Shown here: positions 26,556 through 39,420 of the stretch, piece after piece
Layout: each line of letters starts with the position of its first letter
Numbering within the stretch: the first letter of the stretch is position 1
Assembly (NCBI GenBank): GCA_951406725.2
Contig: OX597831.1
Span: 57,288,001 to 57,352,000 of the forward strand
Length of the DNA: 64,000 bases
DNA from: Octopus vulgaris
Taxonomy: Eukaryota
Direction: 5' to 3'
Notes under the pieces: model-generated
The model's input: only the letters and a program-made list of their open reading frames with translations
The model's database searches: none
What the model was told of the DNA's origin: nothing
Translations under genes and position numbers: made by a program

Positions 26556-26701
26556 AGTGGCTGTGTGGTAAGTAGCTTGCTTACTAACCACATGGTTTTT
26601 GGGCAAGTGTTTTCTAATATAGCCACAGGCCGACCAAATCCTTGTGAGTGGATTTGGTAGACGGAAACTGAAAGAAGCCCATCGTATATATATGTGTATA
26701 T

Positions 26702-26738
<37 letters not shown>

Positions 26739-26947
26739 TGTGTGTCTGTGTCTGTGTTTGGCACCTCACCTCCGTCGCTTGACAACCGATGCTGGTGTGC
26801 TTACGTTCCCCGTAACTTAGCGGTGCAGCACAAGAGACCGATAGAATAAGTACTGGGCTTACAAAGAATAAGTCCTGTGGTCGATTTGTTCGATTAAAGA
26901 TGGTGCTCCAGCATGGCCACAGTCAAATGACTGAAACAAGTAAAGGA
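26556..26947 (+). mobile_element. SINE family A (internal deletion across the B box)
   Basis: agtggctgtgtggtaagtagcttgc...tgactgaaacaagtaaa. Confidence 0.88.
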
Positions 26948-26962
26948 ATATGTATATTTAAT

Positions 26963-27330
26963 ACAGGCGTGGGCGAAGCTGTGTAATAAGAAGCATGCTT
27001 CCCAGCCACATGGGTCCGGGTTCAGTCTCACTGCATGGTATCTTGGGCAAGTGTCTTCTACTATAGCCTTGGGTAAACCATGGCCTTGTGAGTGGATTTG
27101 GTAGACAGAAACAGAAAGAAACCCGTCGTATATGTATATATATATATATATGTTTATATATATGTGTGTGTGTGTGTGTGGCTTTGTGTCAATGTTTGTT
27201 CCATCCTATCGCTAATTGACAACTAGGTTTTATAAAAAAAAAAATAAGCCCCGGGGTCGATTTGACTAAAACCCAACAAGACGGTGCTCCAGAGTGGCTG
27301 CACTAAAAGGACTGAAACAAGTGAAAGAAT
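26963..27330 (+). mobile_element. SINE family A, diverged
   Basis: gctgtgtaataagaagc...gggttcagtctc...gtgagtggatttggtagac...actgaaacaagtgaaaga. Confidence 0.8.
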
Positions 27331-27352
27331 ATATGTGTGCAAGTATGTATTT

Positions 27353-27406
<54 letters not shown>

Positions 27407-27712
27407 AATAGCCGTTTGTCTCAGTTCCATGTGCAAGGTGCTATTACTTGTAACAGAACTCGATAGAATGACAGAGCAACGATTACTCATATGTATGAGC
27501 AGTACCGACATCTCGCTGTAATCAATAGCATTTATATATATATATCGATATATATATTCTTATGTCAGGGGTTACTGCTGGTGCTTAAGCTAAAACATGC
27601 AGTAAAAATTAAAAGCATATAATTCAAGGTACGTATAGTATCACACCACATCTCTTGAAGATTCAAATGACGTAAACTCGGGCACGAGATACTCGCTGAT
27701 AAACACACACAC

Positions 27713-27772
<60 letters not shown>

Positions 27773-27901
27773 GCACACACATATACACACACACACACAG
27801 AGTCACACACGGATCGGATATACGTATGCACACATACGTATGTATATATATATACACACCATCTCTTGATCTTGTTCGTTTAATGTTTGAGTGTGTGGGT
27901 G

Positions 27902-27944
<43 letters not shown>

Positions 27945-27995
27945 CTCTATGAATATATATATATAAAATATAATAAAATATAATATAATATAATA

Positions 27996-28170
27996 TCTAT
28001 TATATAAAATCCGTTCTGTCTGTGTGTCTCTGTGTCTTCTAGGACCTCGGGCATCCTCCATCCAATTGCGCTCAAATTTGATATCTAAATACCGACGGTA
28101 TCAGGGCGTGTATAAATCTTGAAAAAATTACAAAAATCGATTCCAGGTGAGAATGCGATCGATAACGTGA
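27996..28170 (+). mobile_element. Helitron-type non-autonomous element, 5' fragment
   Basis: A|TCTATTATATAAA start followed by ctgtctgtgtgtc and ccaattgcgctcaaatttg, the same layout as 31190 and 48190. Confidence 0.5.
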
Positions 28171-28362
28171 ATAAAATCGTTTTCTTTGGAATAAAAAAAA
28201 ATCTATCTTTATTCCTTCTTTTGTTGGTGTCTCAAATTTAGGTTAAATCAGTGTTTCTCAAAGGGAAGGCCTATGGGACGGTCGGACAACTTGTTTTGAG
28301 AAAATTTGGTTTAAATGTTTGACAACTCAGCACCGTCCATTGGATGGGGGGCGTTTTGCTCA

Positions 28363-28477
28363 TAATATAATATAATATAATATAATATAATATAATATAA
28401 TATAATATAATATAATATATTTAATATGATATAATATAATATTAATACATACTTACAAACATTGATACAGACAGATT

Positions 28478-28568
<91 letters not shown>

Positions 28569-28597
28569 GATATGTAGATAGATAGATAGATAGATAT
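28363..28597. repeat. (ATATA)n and (GATA)n microsatellites
   Basis: Direct reading. Confidence 0.93.
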
Positions 28598-28820
28598 TAA
28601 AATCATAATTGTAGCATTGTGAAAAGGCTTCCGATGAGTTTTTTTTTAAAAGAAATTTGATCTTTTGTGTGGTTTTGAAGACTACAAAAATTGTTCAATG
28701 TTTTTCACATAAAAATCATTTTGCTAATTATGTAATCAAGATTTGTTCAAATTCTAACATACACAATAAAATAGTCTATCCCAGAATTCTTAAATCTATA
28801 GAATATAATCACTTCTTAAA

Positions 28821-30390
28821 ATCTTTATTATAGGCACAATGGCCCGAATGAAGAGGGGACATAATACAATACAGGACATGGGGTACATATAACAAAAATA
28901 CAGAAAGGATGATATGAAATGAAATATTAATAATGAATTAAATGAAATTGCTTACGAGCCCCCCAAAGCTCGCAGTTTCATTTACAATTACAGTTATTCT
29001 ATCTGGGGTGTTCGTCAGTAATGTAAACGAGTAATTCATCCAGTTCTATAACGCCGGGCAAACTGTCATATCGAACGTAGTGCGCTATGTACACAGCTGT
29101 ATTTGAAAACACATTTATTAATCTATTTACCGTCTCTTTATCCACAATTGCAGCCTTTATTTGGTTATCGTATATCTTCGGTTTCAATTTCACTCTCGTT
29201 AGATTTTTCATTATCGCTAATTTTTTCTCAATTTCTTTATCCTTTTTGTACAACATTACAGCTTTTGAGATTTTTTCCTTTCGGTCTTCCTCCTTTCTTG
29301 CATGTTTTCAGACATTCTTCCTCTTTTGTTGACCATTTATTCGTTTCATCCCACGTTGAACCTTTATTCACTTTAGTTGCAGTATCTCTCCCTTCAATCG
29401 TTCGATCCTCTGTCTCGTCGGCAGACTTCTTTTTAGTTTTCTTCTTTTTTGGTCTTTGGGTGGTGATTCCACCCGTGTTCGCTTTCTATCCTCTTTTTCT
29501 TCTGTTCTTTCCTTTTCTTTCTCCTTCACTAACTCGTCGCCACTTTCCCCATTATCTGTTGTCACGATTTCCTTTTCCCCTTGCAATTCCACATTCTCCT
29601 TTTCTAACTCCTGTCAAAGCTCCCATTCCTTCCTCCAGTGTTATCCTCTTCTCTTGTATTTCTCTTAGAGGACACACATCCTTCATGTGCCCTCTGCTCT
29701 TACATTTATAACACACTGGAGGTCTCCCCTCCACCACGACTCTCAGTCGTGTCTCGTCGGGGAACACCAACTCCTCCGGGATGTTATACAAATCTGGCAT
29801 GGTTATGTGGACCGAAGCCTGCACCGCATAACCCCACCAGTTTATTTCTTTCGACTTTTCCACCTTAAGTATGTCGACGCTCTCTTTGCAGTTGTAGATT
29901 ATTGCAGCTACTATTCTTTCGGTATCAAGTTCCGGTGGGATTTTGCTTATCCGTATTCTCACTGCTCTTTTTCCACAATAACTAGGAAGTAAAACCCATT
30001 TTTCCGATCTCAATACTGTCGTGGCGTTCCTCTTCGCTTCGTCTTCATTTTCAAAACGAACGTCTACCGTAGCGTATTTTCTACCTCTATTGTAGAAAGT
30101 AGTTCTTCCTTTAATAACACTTATTATAGCTCGCATATTGGACAAGGTTGTTTAGTACAAATACTTTGGCTTTTCGAGAATACCGTTCTTTGTTTCCGAG
30201 TACAAATTTTGTCCGTTGTTTACCTAAATCGTATCAAAGATGTCGGCAAAGTTGACCGCCGGATTTCACGAACGAACTGAAAAATCTTGTCATCTCAGGA
30301 AAACTAAGTGTGTTTCTTGTAAAACAGGAATCAAACAATTGCAATTTAATATATAGGCAGATTGCCCCCAGAGACTTCTGTTCTCGGATC
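28821..30390 (-). mobile_element. ORF1-only L1/Tx1-like retroelement (gag-like RRM plus CCHC knuckle), decayed
   Basis: ORF 29552-30145 has VRFENEDEA, RIRISKIPPEL and RVVVEGRPPVCYKCKSRGHMKDVCP (CX2CX4HX4C); charged tail to 28999; then AATAAA-containing 3' end with no endonuclease/RT. Confidence 0.75.
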
Positions 30391-31189
30391 TCTCTTCTTC
30401 ATCACCAAGAAAATTGATTTGAATGATGCGATTCAGTTGAGCAGTGTTACTTGTCTTGTGTAAAATATTTGCAGTAAAGAAAACTAATAATGTTCAGTGA
30501 GAGACCTGAAGTCTCTCTCTCTCTCTCTCTAAACATTTACTTATCATACTTAATGTTAAAACATCGTGATAGGTAAATTTACTGCGGTATACGTCCTGAG
30601 ACAATATCTGTGCTGTGTTTAAGCACACAATATATATATATTGGATGTTGACTAAAATGGCCCTAGCAATAGCTGGTGAGAATACTATTTTAATATAATA
30701 CTGCTTCTGTTGCATGTAATGGATCGTGTGTGTGTGTGTGTGCAACCGAATGATGCTAATATGTTCAACTCAATAATGTAAAAGAAATATTCTCTCAAAT
30801 ATCTTACATGGTCCCTAGTAAATATTCAGTGTCTGATATAGTGTCTGTTTTGGGATTAATAATGTATAACATAATTTTTGTCCTTGGGTAGCAATTTTTA
30901 TTTCCTATTTGCTTATCCTCATAAAGTATGAAAAATGACTATTTCCCTCAAATTTTGTTTTTGTTGCAGTTAGGGACACCCCAAAGAATCATCCTCAACA
31001 CGTGGCTATGATGCTCTCCCACTACTCCTGCTCATGGTCAGAGATGCACACAGTTGTCAGCCACTAAAGGACATGCTCAAGTGGTTAAGGCCAAACAATT
31101 GACAAACAAATCTCTTCTATTGAGCAAAATATTTGCTATAATGATATTTCTGCCTAAGCAACTCAATGCTGAATCTGTCTGAAATGTAA

Positions 31190-31575
31190 TCTCTCTCTAT
31201 ATAAACGGCAGTTTGTCTGTGTGTGTTTCTGTGTGTCTGTTTGGTTGTACCCTCACCCTGACCACTGCTTTCAACCGATTCTGATGAAACTTGACACACA
31301 CATAGCCCAATGTCATAATTCAAAACTAACGCAGCAAAAATTTTGAAAAGTTCCTCCAGTTCTGAAAAAAATTGATAAATTCGACATGGGGTCGAGAATC
31401 AGAAACACAAACCACAGACTGTCTAGGGGACGCAACTCGACCTTTTTTAACTCTCAACAAAAAATTTACCATCATTTTTTTTCCATTTTTTTGCTATTTT
31501 TTGGCTATAATTCTCTAAAAATGCTTTATAGTTATTTCCCTTACAAACCTGAGCAACGCCGGGTGATACTGCTAG
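31190..31575 (+). mobile_element. Helitron-type non-autonomous element (386 bp)
   Basis: Inserted between A and T; 5' TC; 3' hairpin cctgagc-aac-gccggg then CTAG; near-identical copy at 48190. Confidence 0.88.
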
Positions 31576-31749
31576 TAGAAAATAAGTCAGTTTAAAAACA
31601 TTGATGTCCAGGTCACAAAAGCAAAGTTAGAAGGAAATAGTAGTATTTTCCTTTGATTTCTAGATAAAAGCAAATAGGAAATAACACTTGCTGACCAAAG
31701 ACAAAAAATAAAATAAATAAATAAAAATTTTGAATCCCTATGTCCAACA

Positions 31750-32000
31750 ATGTGGAGCTCGTGGCCTTGTGGTTATGGTGTTGCGCACACGATCACAAGA
31801 TGCTGATTTCGATGCCCAGAGCAGGCATTTCCGGACCAGACGTGCGTTGTGTTTTTCAGTAAAACACTTCATTTCACGAATGCCCCAATCCACTCAGCTG
31901 CAAACCTGCAACGGATAGGCATCCCTTTCAGGTGGAATATTGTGATCTCGGTCGCTAATACGCCATGGAAACTGATTAACCAGCTTTATGAGTCATTGGA
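31750..32000 (+). mobile_element. tRNA-derived SINE, diverged (family C/D-like)
   Basis: gtggccttgtggttatggtg...atttcgatgccc...aaacacttcatttcac...cctgcaacggataggcatccc. Confidence 0.55.
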
Positions 32001-32283
32001 CTCGAATCAGTAATTTCTCAATATATGTCGTCTACAAAGCTATCAGGCCTGTATCCTGGGAAATGACTTCTACTACACATTCAGCAGTATTAATGCCAAG
32101 AAGAATAACATTGGTCCTCCGATGTCCATCCCCAACTCCAGTTTTGTTGGACAAATGTATCTGTGAGAAAATCTATAATAATCTTTCGCTGCAATAATAA
32201 TTCAAGGTAAGATGTTAACTACTAGAAAGGGTTCTAAACAAGGAAACATTAAAATACAGAATATAGATAGAAAGATAGCTAGC

Positions 32284-32308
32284 TAGATAGATAGATAGAC
32301 AGACAGAG

Positions 32309-32399
<91 letters not shown>

Positions 32400-32636
32400 A
32401 CGTCTGCTGTTACGTTCTGAGTTCAAATTCCGCCGAGGTCGACTTTGCTTTTCATCCTTTCGGGGTCGATAAATTAGGTACCAGTTACGCACTGGGGTCG
32501 ATGTAATCAACTTAATTCGTTTGTCTGTCCTTGTTTGTCCTCTCTGTGTTTATCCCCTTGTGAGTAGGAAAGAAATAGGTATTTCGTCTGTCGTTACGTC
32601 TCTCTATGTTTAGCCCCTTGTGGGTAATAAAGAAAT

Positions 32637-32705
<69 letters not shown>

Positions 32706-32749
32706 GGACATACAGAATGACAGATAGACAGATAGTCAGGAAGAAAAAT

Positions 32750-32820
<71 letters not shown>
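32284..32820 (+). mobile_element. SINE family B fragment (32400-32638) inside a (GATA)n array
   Basis: (GATA)n on both sides; family B core and tail. Confidence 0.85.
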
Positions 32821-33142
32821 TCGGGAGAGAGAGAAACGGCGGGAGAGAAAGGAAGACGGAGAGTAAGAGAGAGAGAAAGACAAATTCAACGATGTGCAGG
32901 ATTATAGAGTACGATATGAAACTTTAAGTATGCACCATCGAACAAATACATGAAATGGAATGACACGGGCAATTTCCTAAGATCCCAAATGACAAACTAT
33001 TACATTACATACTATTACAACAAACTCTCATTCAAGCGCTCCAGGCATTTAATGTTTTACATAAACAAATTTGGAACGTGAGAAAGACTCGTGTTTCAGA
33101 TTTCCAACATTACCTGAATAAGTTCCTTTCTTATATCTAAGA

Positions 33143-33275
33143 CAGGCGTGGCTGTGTGGTGAGAAGCTTGCTTCCCAACCACACGGTTCCAGGTTCAGTC
33201 CCACTATAACCGCGGGCCAACCGAAGCTTTGTGAGTGGATTTGGTAGACAGAAACTGAAAGAACCCTGTCGAAGA
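33143..33275 (+). mobile_element. SINE family A, 5' half
   Basis: ggcgtggctgtgtggtgagaagcttgc...ggttcagtccc. Confidence 0.8.
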
Positions 33276-33290
33276 AATATATATATATAT

Positions 33291-33660
33291 ATTCTTTTAC
33301 TTGTTTCAGTCATTTGACTGTGGCCATGCTGGAGCCCCGCCTTTACTCGAGCAAACCGACCCCAGGACTTATTCTTTGTAAGCCTAGTACTTATTCTATC
33401 GGTCTCTTTTGCCGATCCGCTAAGTTACGGTGACGTAAACACACCAGCATTAGTTGTCAAGCGATGTTGGGGGGACAAACACAGATACAGACATATACAT
33501 ATATACATATATACTACGGGCTTCTTTCAGTTTCCGTGTACGAAATCCACTCACAAGGCTTTGGTCGGCCCGAAGCTATAGTAGAAGAAACTTGCCCAAG
33601 GTGCCACGCAGTGGGACTGAACCCGGAACCATGTGGTTCGTAAACAAGCTATTTACCACA
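33291..33660 (-). mobile_element. SINE family A
   Basis: Matches family A. Confidence 0.9.
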
Positions 33661-33678
33661 CGCTTAATGTATTCGTCC

Positions 33679-33750
<72 letters not shown>

Positions 33751-34144
33751 TTTGCGTTTCTGTCTTTATCCCCTATCACTACTTGACACTCGGCGTTGGT
33801 GTGTCTCCAGTAACTTAGCTGTTCAGCAAAATATATCGATAGTATCGGGCGAAGTACTGGGGCCGATTTGTTCGACTAAAATCCTTCAAACCGAAACAAG
33901 TAAAAGATAAAAGAAAGATAAATGATGTCATCTTGTGCAGAATGTAAGCAATGTAGAGAAAGAGGGCTTTAACATTTTACTGATTTAGCAACTCCAACTC
34001 CAGAATACACATACTAGCAATGATGAGAATGAAAACTGAACTCACTACAAACAGTTTACTATGTGTGAATCTGTGCCCAACAGAACTAAACCTTACTCTG
34101 CTTCTAACCAGAGATTGCTTCCTCATTTTATTTCTTATTCCGAC

Positions 34145-34555
34145 ATTTATTTCTTATTTCTTTATTGCCCACAAGGGGCTAAACACAGAGGGAACAAACA
34201 AGGACAGACAAAGGGATTAAGTCGATTACATCTACCACAGTGCGTAACTGGTACTTATTAAATCGGCCCCGGAAGGATGAAAGGCAAAGTCGACCTTGAT
34301 GGAATTTGAACTTAGATCGTAGCGGCAGACGAACTACCTATTTCCTTACTACCCACAAGGGGATAAACACAGAGAGGACAAACAAGGACAGACAAAGGGA
34401 TTAAGTCGATTACATCTACCACAGTGCGTAACTGGTACTTAATTTATCGACCCCCAAAGGATGAAAAGCAAAGTCGACCTCGGCGGAATTTGAACTCAGA
34501 ACGTAACAGCAGACGAAATATCGCTAAGCATTTCGCCCGGCGTGCTAACGTTTAT
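34145..34555 (-). mobile_element. SINE family B, tandem dimer
   Basis: Two units of cccacaagggg...aaggatgaaa.gcaaagtcgacct. Confidence 0.87.
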
Positions 34556-34709
34556 TTCTGCCTTGTGTTATTTCGCGTCACATTTCATTTGGCCATTGGA
34601 TGTCATGGGCCAGACGTGATAGCCCGGATGTTATAAAGCCTTAGCATTTACTTTTGAGCACGCGACTGGTTGATTATGACTATTTTATTTTTTAAATTGA
34701 TAATCGATA

Positions 34710-34880
34710 GGCGCTGGCGTGGCTGTGTAGTAAGAAGTTTACTTCTCAACCACATGGTTTCAGTTTCAGTTCCACTGCGTGGCACCTTAGACACATGTCT
34801 TCTACTACAGCTTGGGACCGACCAAAGCCTTCTTAGTGAATTTAGTAGATAGAAGCTGAAAAACTCGTCGTCTGTGTGTG
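34710..34880 (+). mobile_element. SINE family A, diverged 5' half
   Basis: gcgtggctgtgtagtaagaag...ccactgcgtggcacctt. Confidence 0.7.
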
Positions 34881-35131
34881 TTTTATTTTCTGTGTTAGTT
34901 TTAATTCTAGAGCTGCGGCCATGATGAGAAAACCACCGTTAAAGTTTACATACGCCTGCAGAAGTACGTGAACCCTCGACCCTCAGATTACCACTAGGAT
35001 TAGCCTTGAAAGCCTGATGCCCTATCTATCTGCCTGCCTGGTTGCCTGCCATCAGAAGCAAAGGACAACGGTAATATTCTTAATAAGATGACAGACGTAA
35101 TCGGCGCGAATTTCCCTTTAATTTCCAGCGT

Positions 35132-35199
<68 letters not shown>

Positions 35200-35631
35200 G
35201 ATTAAATAGTCCTTAAAAGAGTTGCTTTTTGATGGTTGTGTATTTGCTGATACTTACAAGAAACAGCTTTAGTTTAGAAATTACTTAATGCTATACAAAT
35301 AAATCTGACTTATCATTAATCTACCAGGCATCTTAACTCAGTGTGTATACAACAATGCGACTTTCACTCATGCCAAAAATAATGTCCACAAATTACTTCT
35401 TATATAAACTTCAGTAATATACGCACATGCCATTTAGGTAAACTATACGCAACACTTCATGTAGTATGTTAATGGTACGCATATTCCGACCCGCCATCGC
35501 TCTCTTCTAGTTGTGAGAACTATGAAATATGTATGCATCATCAGAAAATATAAAGCACTTGCATGTGGTAGGGACGTTGATGATATGAATAAATTAAATG
35601 AAATGTTTAATGCATACGTCCATTTATATAC

Positions 35632-35779
<148 letters not shown>

Positions 35780-35919
35780 GTATGTATATGTGTATATATA
35801 TGCATACGAATGTATAATATCTATATATATATATACATATATATGTGTATATGTGTGTGTGTATGTGTGTGTACATATATATGTATATAAAAAAGATATA
35901 TACATATTTACAGACATTT

Positions 35920-37260
35920 TGTTGGATGGCCGTTGAGTGTTCAGGAGTTCCTCCGCCCTTTGACGGGTCTTATTTTTCATCCTGCAGAGTGTTTAACAAC
36001 ACCCTCCTCACCAAGTAAGCCTGGTGGGGGTTGCCAATTTAGTCGCCGACGACCCGACCATCCGACAGGCTGTACTGGATTACACGTTACCAGTAGCACT
36101 CAAGAGCGACCTGACATCTGAGCTTAAGAAATATTCCCTTGATATAGTTGCACTCTCTGAAACTTGTCTCTCTGGTGAGGGTCAAGTAAATGAACCTATT
36201 TATGGATATACTATCGTTTGGAGAGGCCTACCTAAGGGTCAGTATAGAGAATCTGGTGTTGGGTTTGCTCTCAAGAATGAATTAGTATCCTCCATTACAG
36301 AGCTTCCAAGTGATATATCTGAACGGATCATGTCATGCCGTATTAAACTGACAAATGGTAGGTTTCTTACCGTTGTCAGTATTTATGCACCAACAATGTC
36401 CCATTCTGATAAAAGTGTAGGACAGTTTTATGATGATCTAGCACAATTATTGAGGAAAGTCCCAATTTCTGACAAGCTGGTCATATTGGGAGAGTTCAAT
36501 GCAAGAGTTGGAAAGGACTATATTTCATGGCCTCTTTTAGGTCGACGTGGGAGTGGAAAATGTAATAAAAATGGAGTAGCTCTTTTGACGCTTTGTACTG
36601 AGAATAATCTGGTTGTCACCAACACTCTGTTTAAGCAGAAAAAAAACCCCCCCACCTGGATGCACCCAAGATCCAAGCACTAGCATCTCATAGATTATAT
36701 TCTGATCAGAAAATGTGATATGAAAGACGTTTCTAGCGTTCGGGCCATGAGAAGAGCAGAGAGTTGGACTGACCATCGTCTGTCGCTTGGAAAAATAGAC
36801 TTTTCGATAATGCCTAAAGATCGACAGTCTGGTCCTAAGGTACCCAAAAAGTTAAATGTTGCAAACTTTAAATTATCAAGCAACTTGCAAAGATTCCACG
36901 ATGCTATAGAAAGTATCAATCTTGACCCAAACAACCTATGAGAAGATTTCAAAGCAAAAGTATTTCAGGCTACAAGCTCGTCAGTGGGATTTAAATCACG
37001 TAGGTTCATTGATTGGTTCTCAGGTAGACCAGCAGAAAACTTAGGCAATACACTTCTTTCTCGGTCCTTGAACCCCAACTCAAATGAAACTTACATAAAG
37101 CTGAAAAGGAAAGTGCAGATTGCTTTAAGGAAAATTAAACAGGAATAGTGGAATGATAGAGCAAAAGGGGCAGAAGAATCAGCTGACAGAAATGATGTCA
37201 TGGGTTTGTGCTCTTATGTTAAGGAGTTATATGGCCCAAAATCTTCTTCAACAGCTCCAT
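35920..37260 (+). pseudogene. RTE (BovB-like) LINE 5' part, AP-endonuclease domain
   Basis: DIVALSET, GVGFAL, SIYAPT, FYDDL, VILGEFNARVG, TWMHPRSKH*HLIDY, WTDHRL, YGPKSSSTAP. Confidence 0.92.
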
Positions 37261-37318
37261 AATTTTTCGTGTTTTTTATAAAAATATGTATACACATACA
37301 TAATTCTTTATATATATA

Positions 37319-38611
37319 CGAAGATGAACTGAAAGGTTCATAGGCTGGCTATGAAGGGATGATGCTGGCGCAGGGAAATCATGCATGGATTAATTTCAAT
37401 GCTTCTTATTAATAACTGTATTGTTTCTTTCCAGGTAAACTGATATCACACCGTTCAGAGAAGACTTCAAAAGTAACTAGTAACGACTTCTCTTGAAAAT
37501 CGACAAAATTTGTTATCGTGCTGTTAGCAAGTATCAGCAGGAAAAGAGTTTAGCCCACAAGGGCATTCATGCTGACGTTGTTGCTCCATTAGGGGATGAT
37601 TCCCCCAGCTTTATTACAGTGCAAAAGTGGGCAGATGAATTTAGGAGAAGAAGGGAGAGTGTTGAAGATGACGCAAGGTGAGGACGTCCTGCGAGTGCTA
37701 CCACCTAGGAAAACATTGATCGTGTTCATCACATGAGGATGGATGACAGGTTATTGGCTATAAATCAAATAGCCAATGCTCTTGGCATATCCCATGAGAG
37801 CATTGCGAATATTCTACACAGTGAATTTGACATTATGAAGGTTTCTGTTCGGTGAGTGCCACGCCTTCTAACACCTGATCACATCACGAGAAAATCTGGC
37901 ATTGTTTGAGGCAGATCCAGCTGGTTTCCTTGAATGTATCCTAACCCAGGATGAGTTTTGGCTTCATCACTTTGAGCAATAGACAAAGAGACCATCCATG
38001 CAGTGAAAACACTCTTCTTCATCTGCTCCAAAGAAGGCCAACTTGCAGGGAGGGTGATGGCCTCAGTTTTGGGGGATGCAAAATGCATTGTATTAATTAA
38101 CTATCTTCAAAAGGGCCTCACCAATTGAGAGTACTATGCCAACTTGCTGAGGCAGGTACAAAAGGCTATCAAGACCAAACCCCCCTGGAAAACTGACGAA
38201 AGGGATCTTGTTTCATCAAGACGATGCTCCAGCGCACAAGACCTTATTTCAATGGCTACTGTGCATGTCTGCGGTTTTGAACTAGTTGATCACTCGCCCT
38301 ATTCTCCTGAATTGCCCTCATCTGACTATCATATGTTCCCCAACATGAAAAATCACTTGGCTGAGAACCAGCATCGCAGTGGTGATGACCTCATATCTGC
38401 TGTTTTTTCTTATGAAAGCTTCTTCATCAATTGATTTTATCTTCAATCGAATGTCTGACCTGCAAGACGCTTGTAATTTATGCAGCACCGGTGGAAAAAG
38501 TGTGTGGAGCGCAGTGGGGCGGAGAGAGGACTATGTTGAAAAATGAACTTCATTTGGTTACGTTCTATTAGGGTATTTTGGTGATCCTATGAACTTTTTA
38601 GCTGATTCAAG
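37319..38611 (+). mobile_element. Full-length decayed mariner (irritans-like)
   Basis: TA-flanked degenerate TIRs (..aaaggttcatagg / cctatgaacttttt..); MKIDKICYRAVSKY, VPRLL, TQDE, HQDDAPAH, HSPYSPELPSSDYHMFPNMK. Confidence 0.9.
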
Positions 38612-38734
38612 TATGTATGTGTGTGTGTATACTTGTTTTTAATTTTATTCTTTTACTGCGCCAGTCATCGGTTCGTGGCCATGCTGGAGCATCTCTTTGG
38701 CGGGTTAATCGATCAAAACTGTCCCCAGTACTTA

Positions 38735-39420
38735 TTCTACCAATCTTTTTCTGCAGACAAATCGCGATGCTATTAACAAATTAAGGCATACAATAACATG
38801 GTCACATCTACGATCGAAGCAAGACCATTTGATTGATTTTATCTTCAATCGAATGTCTGACCTGCAAGACGCTTGTAATCTATGTGTTTTATGTAGTAGC
38901 ACCAAGTGAGACATTGACCATGAACTAACACAGGCTATGTTGAAATTTGAATTGTGAAAAACCACTAAAACGAATTAATGTCGATAGATTAGCTTAATCA
39001 GATATATTGGAACTTGCATAAAACAAGTTCTTGTATATAAAATGTTAGTGGAACTTGGAAGAATTTCATGATCAGGTATATTATTTGGGCGTTACTATCT
39101 TGCAAATCCAATGATACACAGATACTACTTTGACAACAATAACAATGAAATATGCCAGCTGCTGGAGGAAAACAATTAATGTACAAGACTTTATTGGATC
39201 CCAAATCAAAGAATAAAAAGTCTATAGAATGCTCTTATAATTCACAGAAAGCAACATCACAGTGGGAATTAAGAATTATAAATACATGATAGTCACAAAT
39301 TTCATCAGAATTTCAAAATGCATTAAACAGGTAGGATTCCAGGGCTCTTGGACAAGTATTTGAACTTTGGTCATCTTCTATAGTTCTTTTTCAATCAAAG
39401 AATAGTTAAATACTCCTTAA
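38735..39420 (+). pseudogene. Second RTE LINE copy, left part (APE end and linker), interrupted by piggyBac
   Basis: TWSHLRSKQDHLIDF, DIDH, YFDNNNNEICQLLEE; SKNS*ILLK continues across the TTAA as NPANIIKRW at 41914. Confidence 0.75.

Noticed and set aside
27996-30690. One large Helitron capturing the ORF1 element, ending at ccctagcaatagctgg near 30661
   Set aside because: The putative 3' hairpin is degenerate and lacks CTAG; independent insertions are simpler
32085-32161. Minus-strand acceptor followed by signal-peptide-like MDIGGPMLFFLALILLNV
   Set aside because: Stop follows immediately, no convincing donor, and strand is opposite to the other exon candidates
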